Source: a virus. From it: 64,000 nt of DNA. The notes below the pieces were generated by a model, which saw only the letters and a list, made by a program, of their open reading frames with translations, did no database searches and was not told the DNA's origin. The position numbers and the translations under genes were made by a program. The stretch lies in IMG/VR virus record IMGVR_UViG_3300030333_008604, positions 32,001 to 96,000 of that record, one strand, 5' to 3'. Of the stretch, positions 9,114-16,918 are shown in pieces. Within the stretch, counting starts at the first letter, position 1; each line of letters starts with the position of its first letter.

Positions 9114-9934
9114 AGAATGATATTAGTGTTGTGCTAACTGTCCACAACAAAGCTTGGCTTGTAGATAAAGTTATTGATAGTATTATTGTCAATACGGCAG
9201 CTAACTTAGAGTTAAATATTGTTATAGACGGTTGTACTGACAACTCTGAAGAAGTGATATCTGATACTTTAAAAAAATACCCTGGCACCCGAACGAATAT
9301 TTTTCACACACCCGATGTTTTTGAGACCAAGGCAAATAATGTGGGCTTAAAGGCTTCTAGTTCTGAATATGCGGTGATCATTCAAGATGACATGATCATC
9401 AATGAATTTGCATGGGACCAGAGATTAGTAAGGCCAGTTTTAGAATACTCAGATGTCTTCGCTGTGACGGCCCGCACCGCCCATAACTGGATTTACAATC
9501 CAAATTCTGTTCATGAGCATATGAAGGAAGACTTAGATGACTGTTGGTGCGATATACTAATTCACACAGAGCATGCTGAGAAGGGAAAGATCTCTAGAGA
9601 TACGTTCGCTATCAGAGACTCAGTTAATCGTGGCCCCTTGCTTATCAAGAAAGAAGTACTAGAAAAATTGAATTACTTAGACGAGATCTACGCTCCTCTT
9701 GAATTCGATGAACATGATCTTTGTCATCGCGCATATAGAGACCTCGGCCTTCTCGCCGGATGTTATTGGGTTGACATCGTGTCAGAGCCTCACTGGGGCT
9801 CATTACGCTGCAATAATGGCGGCTCACCTCCTTGGCACTTGAAGGCTCATCATAAAAATTCTAAAATTTTCTGGAATAGGCACAAAGATTTAATTATTGG
9901 GCCGAAACATAACGAAAATAGGACACTCAAATGA
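9110..9934 (+). CDS. Glycosyltransferase, GT2 family
   Basis: ISVVLTVHN, IVIDGCTDNS, ANNVGLK, IIQDD, DEHDLCHRA. Confidence 0.88.
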   Translation: MKNDISVVLTVHNKAWLVDKVIDSIIVNTAANLELNIVIDGCTDNSEEVISDTLKKYPGTRTNIFHTPDVFETKANNVGLKASSSEYAVIIQDDMIINEFAWDQRLVRPVLEYSDVFAVTARTAHNWIYNPNSVHEHMKEDLDDCWCDILIHTEHAEKGKISRDTFAIRDSVNRGPLLIKKEVLEKLNYLDEIYAPLEFDEHDLCHRAYRDLGLLAGCYWVDIVSEPHWGSLRCNNGGSPPWHLKAHHKNSKIFWNRHKDLIIGPKHNENRTLK

Positions 9935-10572
9935 GTTTTGTAGAGTTGTTTAGAAAAGAATATTATAGAAAACTTTTGTCGCCTCATGGAAGCAATCCAA
10001 TAAGAAACAGAGCAGATCCTTTTTTGAAAGTGTTCGAGCTTCTAGAAGACAGAAAACTTTCCGGACAAGATTATTTTCATATTGTGGAAACTGGCACGTC
10101 TCGCCTCGATCATGGATATATGTGTTTTGGCGATGATGGCTGTGCAACACACATTTTTGATAAATTTGTTAACTTTTATGACGGAGAAGTGCTTTCCGTT
10201 GACATTAAGCAAGAGAACTGTGACTTTTCTAATTCTATAACTTCCCCAAAAACACGTGTCACTTGTAGCGATTCAGTAAAATTTCTCTGGTCTTTGCCTG
10301 AAAATTACAAAATTGACTTTCTTTACCTTGATTCTTATGACATTGAGAGAGAAAACCCGCATCCGTCACAGTTACATCACGTAAAAGAGTTGTGCGCCGC
10401 GATGAAAAATCTAAAAAAAGACACAATTATTGTTGTTGATGACCATGATGGGTTCTTTACTGGCGGAAAAATAGGCAAAGGCACATATGTCAAGCAATTT
10501 ATGAGCGACATTGATGCAGAATTGTTGTTCGAGGGCTACCAAATAGGGTGGATCCTCGGCGAAGGTAAGTAA
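9931..10572 (+). CDS. Class I SAM-dependent methyltransferase (Methyltransf_24-like, probable sugar O-methyltransferase)
   Basis: IVETGT, VLSVDI, DSVKFL, IDFLYLDS, IIVVDD. Confidence 0.8.
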   Translation: MSFVELFRKEYYRKLLSPHGSNPIRNRADPFLKVFELLEDRKLSGQDYFHIVETGTSRLDHGYMCFGDDGCATHIFDKFVNFYDGEVLSVDIKQENCDFSNSITSPKTRVTCSDSVKFLWSLPENYKIDFLYLDSYDIERENPHPSQLHHVKELCAAMKNLKKDTIIVVDDHDGFFTGGKIGKGTYVKQFMSDIDAELLFEGYQIGWILGEGK

Positions 10573-10573
10573 A

Positions 10574-11329
10574 ATGTCCGATGATGTCATTCTAGCAGCT
10601 TATCATGGCGGCTTAGGCGACAATTTACAGTTTTCGACTCTGCCAGAAATGTTTTCTAAGGCTGGAAAGAAGGTTTATATCTGGTCCCGGGCGTATTTTA
10701 GGAATAGAGAGATATATGACTTGGTTTGGGGAGCGAATCCTTACATTCTTGGGGTCAAAGATGGCGCCTGGACCGCAGGAGACACGCCAGAGATAGGGCA
10801 CAGGGCTGTTAACACTCAGTGTATCGCTAATTGGGAGGCCTTACATGGCCTTGAGCCGACAAATGTATATCCAAAAGTTTATTATGAGCCAAATTTAATC
10901 TCCGGGCTTGAGAACACAATCTTAATCGACGTTAGTTCAATAACCCGGGCTTATGATCAAACTAAAATCAACCTTGCCATGGCTAAAATCAGAGACTTAA
11001 ACCCAAAAAAAACATTTTCTTTTGTTAAATTTGCACAAAATATCAATCCTCCGGTTGGGTTTTCTATTGCGCACAACGGAGTCCATAGAAAATATGCCGC
11101 CGATACAGAAAAAGACATTAAAATAGACAACATATTTCAATATTGTGATCTTATACGATCGTGTTGCGGGATTGTTGCCCTTCACAGCGGCGCTAGCCAT
11201 CTCAGTTCTGCCCTAAAGGCTTACAACCCGGAACTAAAAAGCTATTGCATAATAGATAAAGACGTCTATACCTATCATAAGGACAAGGCATTGTTTATAT
11301 TTGACAATGTCGAATATGTTGTTATATAA
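10574..11329 (+). CDS. GT9/heptosyltransferase-like glycosyltransferase
   Basis: N-terminal GGLGDNL and C-terminal HSGASHL resemble the GT9 GxGD and DSGxxH motifs; lies directly upstream of heptose-activation genes. Confidence 0.6.
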   Translation: MSDDVILAAYHGGLGDNLQFSTLPEMFSKAGKKVYIWSRAYFRNREIYDLVWGANPYILGVKDGAWTAGDTPEIGHRAVNTQCIANWEALHGLEPTNVYPKVYYEPNLISGLENTILIDVSSITRAYDQTKINLAMAKIRDLNPKKTFSFVKFAQNINPPVGFSIAHNGVHRKYAADTEKDIKIDNIFQYCDLIRSCCGIVALHSGASHLSSALKAYNPELKSYCIIDKDVYTYHKDKALFIFDNVEYVVI

Positions 11330-11718
11330 TGAAGAGGATCTTTACTAATGGCTGTTTCGATATTCTTCACCGTGGACATGTCGAGCTTTTAAAATACTGC
11401 AAAAGCATGGGCTACGTGATTGTTGGACTCAATGATGACTCTAGCGTGAAGGAGAATAAAGGCCTATCACGTCCGTTCAACAATCAATATGATCGAAAAT
11501 TCTTACTTGAGAGTCTAGAATGCGTCGACGAGGTGCTGTTCTTTTCTGAAAAAACTCCCTATAACTTAATAAAGAGCCTGAAACCAGATATAATTGTTAA
11601 GGGTGGAGACTATACAGCTGATGAAGTTGTTGGTCGCGACCTCGCAGAAGTAAAAATATTTAAATTTATAGATGAATACTCGACAACAAAGACAATTAAA
11701 GATCTTGCTTCTAGGTGA
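11329..11718 (+). CDS. rfaE2: D-glycero-beta-D-manno-heptose 1-phosphate adenylyltransferase (stand-alone RfaE/HldE domain II)
   Basis: FTNGCFDILHRGH, VGLNDDSSV, KGLSRP, PDIIVKGGDY, YSTT. Confidence 0.9.
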   Translation: MKRIFTNGCFDILHRGHVELLKYCKSMGYVIVGLNDDSSVKENKGLSRPFNNQYDRKFLLESLECVDEVLFFSEKTPYNLIKSLKPDIIVKGGDYTADEVVGRDLAEVKIFKFIDEYSTTKTIKDLASR

Positions 11719-12472
11719 CGCGTGCACTGACGTTTATCATTACGGCTCTTGTGAGAGAATTAGCCCCGAAGCACCGGTGCCAGTCTTTGAGCACGAATAT
11801 TCCATAGAAAAGCCTGGAATGGCGCTAAATGTAGAACAAAACTTTAAGGGTCTTGGCTGCAGCGTCGACTCTTTTTTTAATTCTCATGACCTTTTTAAAG
11901 AAAGGTTCATTGACAGCAAGAGCAAATACCAACTTTTTCGATTTGACAAGGGTGAAACCTTGATTACGTATCCGGATTTGAGCAAAATTAACAAGCTAAA
12001 TACGGAATATGACGCCATTGTTGTGTCGGATTACTGCAAGGGGTTCGTTACTGATGAGCTAGTTTCCCTTCTCAGGCAAAAATTTAAAAATTGTCTAAAG
12101 TTTGTTGATACTAAGAGGCGCGATATGTCTATTTACGATGATTTTTTTATTAAAATAAACAAACACGAGCGCGAACAAGCATATAAGTTTCCAAATTTGA
12201 ACAATTCACAATTAATAGTTACTCTTGGTGAAGAAGGTGCGTTATGGAATGAGCAAATTTTCCCCGCAGTAGAGAGAAAAGAAGTGTTTGACGTCACCGG
12301 CGCCGGCGATACATTTTTGGCAGCCGTTGTTTATGGCTATATTCTGTCAAAAGACATGGAAAAAGCTATAAAATTTGCTAATCACTGCGCATCTGTTACT
12401 GTTTCTAGGGTTGGAACACACGCTTTGGAGAAGAAAGATTATGAAAAAGTACAAAAAAGTCTATGTTTTTGA
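11672..12472 (+). CDS. rfaE1: Heptose 7-phosphate kinase (stand-alone RfaE/HldE domain I, PfkB family)
   Basis: RISPEAPVPV, PGMALNV, VVSDYCKG, VTLGEEGA, DVTGAGDTF. Confidence 0.9.
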   Translation: MNTRQQRQLKILLLGDACTDVYHYGSCERISPEAPVPVFEHEYSIEKPGMALNVEQNFKGLGCSVDSFFNSHDLFKERFIDSKSKYQLFRFDKGETLITYPDLSKINKLNTEYDAIVVSDYCKGFVTDELVSLLRQKFKNCLKFVDTKRRDMSIYDDFFIKINKHEREQAYKFPNLNNSQLIVTLGEEGALWNEQIFPAVERKEVFDVTGAGDTFLAAVVYGYILSKDMEKAIKFANHCASVTVSRVGTHALEKKDYEKVQKSLCF

Positions 12473-12776
12473 TATAGATGGGACAATTTGCACCTTGACT
12501 GACGGAGACTATGCCAAAAGTGAGCCAATACAGTCAAGAATCGATACAGTAAATCGACTTTACGCAGAAAATAACAAAATTGTATTTCAAACAGCAAGAG
12601 GAATGGGCAGAACTCAAAATAATTCTGAATTAGCTATTAAAATGTTTCATGATTTCACGTATAATCAACTTAAAAGTTGGGGTGTGAACTTTCATGAGCT
12701 TTTTTTAGGCAAGCCCGCAGGAGATATATATGTCGATGACAAATCCTTCAATGACAGAGACTTCTTTACCGATTAA
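12441..12776 (+). CDS. HAD-superfamily sugar phosphatase (capsule biosynthesis EcbF/BcbF type)
   Basis: FDIDGT, TARG, GKP...YVDDK; start at ATG 12441 after GGAG. Confidence 0.82.
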   Translation: MKKYKKVYVFDIDGTICTLTDGDYAKSEPIQSRIDTVNRLYAENNKIVFQTARGMGRTQNNSELAIKMFHDFTYNQLKSWGVNFHELFLGKPAGDIYVDDKSFNDRDFFTD

Positions 12777-13113
12777 ATTTGTTTCTAAAGGGTGGGGATT
12801 CGAAAAATGGATTGTTAATTGTGAAGAATATTGTGGAAAGCTTTTGTATTTTGCAAAAGGCAAGAAGTGTTCTTGGCACTTTCATAAGCTCAAAGATGAG
12901 GTTTTTTATATTCAATCCGGCAAAGTAAAGGTATTATATTCAGACAATGACGATATTGAGCAGGCAAATGCAGTCATCCTGGGCCCCGGAGATAATTTTC
13001 ATGTCTATAGAGGGCTTCGACATCGGGTAATTGCATTAGAAGATACTGAATTGTTTGAGTTTTCAACTCAACATTTTGATTCTGACAGCTATAGGATCAA
13101 AAAAGGAGATTAA
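12751..13113 (+). CDS. Cupin-fold sugar isomerase-like protein
   Basis: KGWGFEKWI, SWHFHKLKDEVFYIQSG and GLRH metal-binding cupin motifs; start uncertain (12730, 12736 or 12751). Confidence 0.8.
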   Translation: MTETSLPIKFVSKGWGFEKWIVNCEEYCGKLLYFAKGKKCSWHFHKLKDEVFYIQSGKVKVLYSDNDDIEQANAVILGPGDNFHVYRGLRHRVIALEDTELFEFSTQHFDSDSYRIKKGD

Positions 13114-13117
13114 AAGG

Positions 13118-14086
13118 GTGAAAAAGAGAATATTAGTTTGTGGTGCTGGCGGTTTTATCGGTGGCGCGATGGTAAAGAGGTTAAAATCAGAAGGCCACTG
13201 GGTTCGTGGCGTAGATATTAAGTATCATGAGTTTTTTGATATCATCGCGGCATGTGACGAGTTCGCTAGGGGCGATTTAAGGAACCCTGGAGTGTGTAAT
13301 AGTGTCGTAACTGAAGATATAGACGAGATTTACCAGTTTGCTGCAGACATGGGCGGCGCCGGGTACATCTTTACGGGAGAAAATGACGCAAACGTTATGC
13401 ATAATTCAGCCTTGATCAACCTTAATATAGCTGAACAGTGTGTACAAAAGGGAGTTAAGAAGATTTTCTATTCTTCTTCGGCTTGTATGTACCCAGAACA
13501 CAATCAAATGGATCCAAATAACCCCAATTGCGAAGAAAGTTCGGCATATCCAGCCGATCCAGATTCAGAATACGGCTGGGAAAAGCTTTTCAGCGAAAGA
13601 TTATACCTTGCTTTTCATAGAAACTATGGTCTTGACGTGCGAATTGCTAGATATCACAATATTTTTGGACCTGAAGGTACGTGGGATGGCGGAAAAGAAA
13701 AGGCTCCTGCTGCTTTTTGTAGAAAAGTTGCTGCTGCAACCGGCTCAACAATTGAGGTTTGGGGCGATGGCACACAGACAAGATCTTTTCTTTATATCGA
13801 CGAGTGCATTGAAGCCACCCGCCGATTGATGGACTCGGATTTTACTGGGCCGGTAAATATTGGCTCTGAGGAGATGATTTCTATCAACAAGTTTGCTCAA
13901 ATGGCCATCGACATCTCAGGAAAAGACCTAAAAATTAAAAACATTCCTGGTCCTTTGGGCGTAAAAGGCAGAAACTCTGACAATAAGCTTTATTATGAAA
14001 AAATTGGCTGGAAAGTCTCCCAGCCGCTTAGAACTGGAATGGAAAAAACGTTCGAGTGGATTAATAAGCAGGTCAACAAGGAATGA
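13118..14086 (+). CDS. gme: GDP-mannose 3,5-epimerase-like extended SDR
   Basis: GAGGFIG, AADMGG, SSACMYPE, YGWEK, HNIFGPEGTWDGGKEKAPAAFCRK, VKGRNSDN closely follow GME motifs; GTG start after AGGAG (13104-13108). Confidence 0.85.
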   Translation: MKKRILVCGAGGFIGGAMVKRLKSEGHWVRGVDIKYHEFFDIIAACDEFARGDLRNPGVCNSVVTEDIDEIYQFAADMGGAGYIFTGENDANVMHNSALINLNIAEQCVQKGVKKIFYSSSACMYPEHNQMDPNNPNCEESSAYPADPDSEYGWEKLFSERLYLAFHRNYGLDVRIARYHNIFGPEGTWDGGKEKAPAAFCRKVAAATGSTIEVWGDGTQTRSFLYIDECIEATRRLMDSDFTGPVNIGSEEMISINKFAQMAIDISGKDLKIKNIPGPLGVKGRNSDNKLYYEKIGWKVSQPLRTGMEKTFEWINKQVNKE

Positions 14087-14961
14087 GATGTTTGGTTACA
14101 GGACATCAGGGCTACATTGGATCCCATTTATACGCTAAGTTGAAAGACCTAGGTCACGAAGTGCTTGGTATTGATCTTAAAGATGGCAAAGACATCAATT
14201 CCAACAGTTATGGCCTCGAAGAAGGCGGAAAATTTCATCCTTTCTGGTTTAATTTTAAGCCAGAATACATTTTTCATCTTGCATGCTGGCCACGCGTTGC
14301 CTATAGTGTTGAAAATCCTGTCGAAACAATGAAAAATAACGTTTTGTCTACCTCTAACGTGTTAAATTTTGCGCACAAGGTTGGCTGTAGGCGTGTTATT
14401 TATTCAAGCTCTTCATCTGTTACCGGAAATAATGATGGCTTAGGCCCAACGAGTCCGTACGGGTTGCAAAAATTAATTTCAGAGCTGGAATGTAGGCTTT
14501 ATTCACAACTTTATGGCCTGGATACAGTCTCACTTCGTTATTTTAACGTCTATTCCGAAGATCAGCCAGCAGATGGCCCATACACGACTGCGATTGCTAA
14601 CTTTATGGAGTTTATCAGACAAGATAAACAGCCATTCATTACTGGTGACGGTACGCAACGTCGTGATATGATACATGTTGACGATGTAGTTTCTGCGAAT
14701 ATATTTGTAATGGAACATCCTAATGATTTTGCAGGAGCTAACTATGATGTTGGCACTGGAGAGAACATTTCTTTGAATGAAATTACAGAAATTGTCAATT
14801 ATATTTTACCAAATGTAGAATTTCAGTATGTCGAAGGCCGCACTGGCGATGTCTTTGAGACAAAAGCTGACGTATCCGCTCTAAAACAAATTGGATGGGA
14901 AAGTAAAACCAAAATAAGCAAAGGAATTGCAGACTGCTTTAAACAACTAAGGAGAAAGTAA
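14083..14961 (+). CDS. NAD-dependent nucleotide-sugar epimerase/dehydratase (extended SDR)
   Basis: TGHQGYIG, YSSSSSV, YGLQK (YxxxK), LRYFNVY, GDGTQRRD. Confidence 0.88.
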   Translation: MRCLVTGHQGYIGSHLYAKLKDLGHEVLGIDLKDGKDINSNSYGLEEGGKFHPFWFNFKPEYIFHLACWPRVAYSVENPVETMKNNVLSTSNVLNFAHKVGCRRVIYSSSSSVTGNNDGLGPTSPYGLQKLISELECRLYSQLYGLDTVSLRYFNVYSEDQPADGPYTTAIANFMEFIRQDKQPFITGDGTQRRDMIHVDDVVSANIFVMEHPNDFAGANYDVGTGENISLNEITEIVNYILPNVEFQYVEGRTGDVFETKADVSALKQIGWESKTKISKGIADCFKQLRRK

Positions 14962-15159
14962 ATGCTAAAATTGTCTGATGAAGCACTTGGAGCCTTAATG
15001 ATGGCCCTACAAAAGTCCCTACTAGAACAAACTGACATTGTTCCGGTTTTGAAGGGATTTAACTTCAAAGTGAATGAAAATAAAGAATTATTTGTTATGA
15101 ATCCGCCTATTTTTAAAGTAGGTGAGCCTGATTTTCCTACACCGGAGGCTAGTGACTAG
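14962..15159 (+). CDS. Small hypothetical protein (65 aa)
   Basis: AAGGAG upstream; abuts the previous stop codon. Confidence 0.7.
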   Translation: MLKLSDEALGALMMALQKSLLEQTDIVPVLKGFNFKVNENKELFVMNPPIFKVGEPDFPTPEASD

Positions 15160-15161
15160 TC

Positions 15162-15329
15162 ATGGATATTAATAAAGATGAATTTGAAGCTCTATATGTT
15201 CATTTAAAGAAGTATTTAAAGCATTTTGAGCAAGAGCCGATTGAACAAAAGTTTTGGAATGATACTTATAACTTAGACGTCCTCTTTGTGATTAGAGATA
15301 AGATAAAGAAAGGTCTTGAGTTTGCCTAA
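15162..15329 (+). CDS. Small hypothetical protein (55 aa, absent from the ORF track)
   Basis: Manual translation MDINKDEFEALYVHLKKYLKHFEQEPIEQKFWNDTYNLDVLFVIRDKIKKGLEFA*; exactly fills the gap; GGAGG at 15144-15148. Confidence 0.65.
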   Translation: MDINKDEFEALYVHLKKYLKHFEQEPIEQKFWNDTYNLDVLFVIRDKIKKGLEFA

Positions 15330-15588
15330 GTATACCTACAGGTGTGAAGAGTGCGAAGTGGTGTTTTGTGAACGTCATTCTGCAACAAAAAGAGTAAAAA
15401 ACTGTAAAGAATGTGGATCCGAAGACGCTCTAGTAAGACTGCCGTCTAATTTCCGCGTGCTTAAGGAAACAACAGAAAGTCCTGCACGAGCAGGATCTCT
15501 TGTTAAACAGTCAATAGAGGATTTTAAACAAGATTTAGCCTCTGAAAAGCAGAAATTAAAAGAAAGTGTGTGGGAGCCTAACTCATGA
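15322..15588 (+). CDS. FmdB-family zinc-ribbon protein
   Basis: A TTG start gives MPKYTYRCEEC...CKECGS, the typical MPxYxYxCxxC...CxxCG pattern. Confidence 0.8.
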   Translation: MPKYTYRCEECEVVFCERHSATKRVKNCKECGSEDALVRLPSNFRVLKETTESPARAGSLVKQSIEDFKQDLASEKQKLKESVWEPNS

Positions 15589-15971
15589 ACAGATATGTTA
15601 TTATAATTTCATTAATTTTAAATGCCATACTTCTTAGTTTTCTGTTTGGCTTGGTTCCATTTTTACTTTATGTGAGTATTGTGCTAAATGGGTTTTTAGT
15701 TTGGTATGCGCTTGGCGCAATTGCCTTAAATAACGAAGTTCAGGAAGATTTAAGTAAATTATCTGACGATGTGGACTATTTTTGCACCCACCTGGAAGAC
15801 ATCCACGCGTTAGAAATGTTCTATGGGGATGAAACTCTTCAAGCTTTAATAGACCATTCGCGCAACCTTGTTAATAAGACTATAGATTTTCAAGAAAAAT
15901 ATTTTGATATAGAGGTAATAGAAGCAGATGACAGTGAAGACCCCGAAGCGGCGCCGCCGACGGAAGAATGA
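15585..15971 (+). CDS. Small membrane protein
   Basis: About 45 N-terminal hydrophobic residues (probably two TM helices) followed by an acidic helical domain. Confidence 0.7.
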   Translation: MNRYVIIISLILNAILLSFLFGLVPFLLYVSIVLNGFLVWYALGAIALNNEVQEDLSKLSDDVDYFCTHLEDIHALEMFYGDETLQALIDHSRNLVNKTIDFQEKYFDIEVIEADDSEDPEAAPPTEE

Positions 15972-16629
15972 TTATTTTACAAAAGTTCACGAGGACGCGA
16001 TTATTAAATACGCCTCGACGGAAGACAAAGCCGTAAGAACTGAGTTGTATATAAAATTTATCGGACCAGCTTTTAACGAAATGGTTGATAAAATAGTGTA
16101 CACTTATAAGTTTAATACTCTGCCTAACGTTGATTGCCTTAAAGATGATTGTAAAATATGGCTAATGACAATCTTAGACAAATACGACCCCAGCAAGAAG
16201 ACCAAAGCGTTTTCTTATTTTAGTGTTATTACAAAAAACTGGTTTATACACAAAGTTAAGCAGAATTCAAAACGACTAAAACGGGATGTTCAATATGAAG
16301 ACATTAATGAACACATACAGAAAGAACAGCTAGTTGTCTATAACCAATATATACCTCATCGCGAAAGACGTGAATTTTGGACCCTCCTTTTTAAGGAAAT
16401 GAAGGATTGGGAAAAAATGAAACTGAAAGACAATGAAAAGAAAGTCCTCGACGCCGTCAATATCTTGTTTTCTAGCATAGAAGAGATTGAAATTTTTAAT
16501 AAAAAAGCTATTTATCTTTACATGAGAGAAATAACAGGCTTAAACACAAAACAGATTGTTAATAATCTGAACAGGATTCGAAGCCGCTATAGGGAATTTA
16601 AAAAAGAATGGGAAAAGGGCAACATTTAA
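15928..16629 (+). CDS. Phage RNA polymerase sigma factor (sigma70 region 2, T4 gp55-like late sigma)
   Basis: YFTKVHEDAIIKY and KYDPSKKTKAFSYFSVITKNWFI resemble the sigma region 2 / gp55 F-x-Y-F segment; C-terminal HTH-like REITGLNTKQIVNNL; sits directly upstream of the structural module. Confidence 0.7.
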   Translation: MTVKTPKRRRRRKNDYFTKVHEDAIIKYASTEDKAVRTELYIKFIGPAFNEMVDKIVYTYKFNTLPNVDCLKDDCKIWLMTILDKYDPSKKTKAFSYFSVITKNWFIHKVKQNSKRLKRDVQYEDINEHIQKEQLVVYNQYIPHRERREFWTLLFKEMKDWEKMKLKDNEKKVLDAVNILFSSIEEIEIFNKKAIYLYMREITGLNTKQIVNNLNRIRSRYREFKKEWEKGNI

Positions 16630-16907
16630 GCACAGAAAAGTTTGTAGAAGACGCTATTAGTAACATTAAGAAAGACCGAGCGCTCGCCGCCGATTTGTTG
16701 ATACACTTAACTACATATATGAAAGCCTCAGACGAGAGACATCAGTCGTGTGGTCTTGTTGCCGCCAAATATCTTGAAACGCTCCAAAGATCTAACGAAC
16801 AACTTGTTAAGTTGGCATCTTTGCTATCAAGAAAAGAGGCTAATTCTGGTTTGTCACCCATCGACAAGGAAGAAATATACAACATCATCAATGATGAAAA
16901 AAAGTGA
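16608..16907 (+). CDS. Small helical protein (possible terminase small subunit-like)
   Basis: Two amphipathic helices (ERHQSCGLVAAKYLETLQRSNEQLVKL); overlaps the sigma gene; function is speculative. Confidence 0.55.
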   Translation: MGKGQHLSTEKFVEDAISNIKKDRALAADLLIHLTTYMKASDERHQSCGLVAAKYLETLQRSNEQLVKLASLLSRKEANSGLSPIDKEEIYNIINDEKK

Positions 16908-16918
16908 GGCGCTGATGT

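Noticed and set aside
553-14961. Cellular LPS/O-antigen/capsule locus
   Set aside because: No wzx, wzy, wzm/wzt, waaL or membrane priming transferase, and the cluster is coupled to phage genes on both sides.
15940-15970. PKRRRRRK as a nuclear localisation signal (eukaryotic giant virus)
   Set aside because: It is the basic N-terminus of a sigma-like protein; SD sites, operon coupling and a peptidoglycan peptidase indicate a bacterial virus.
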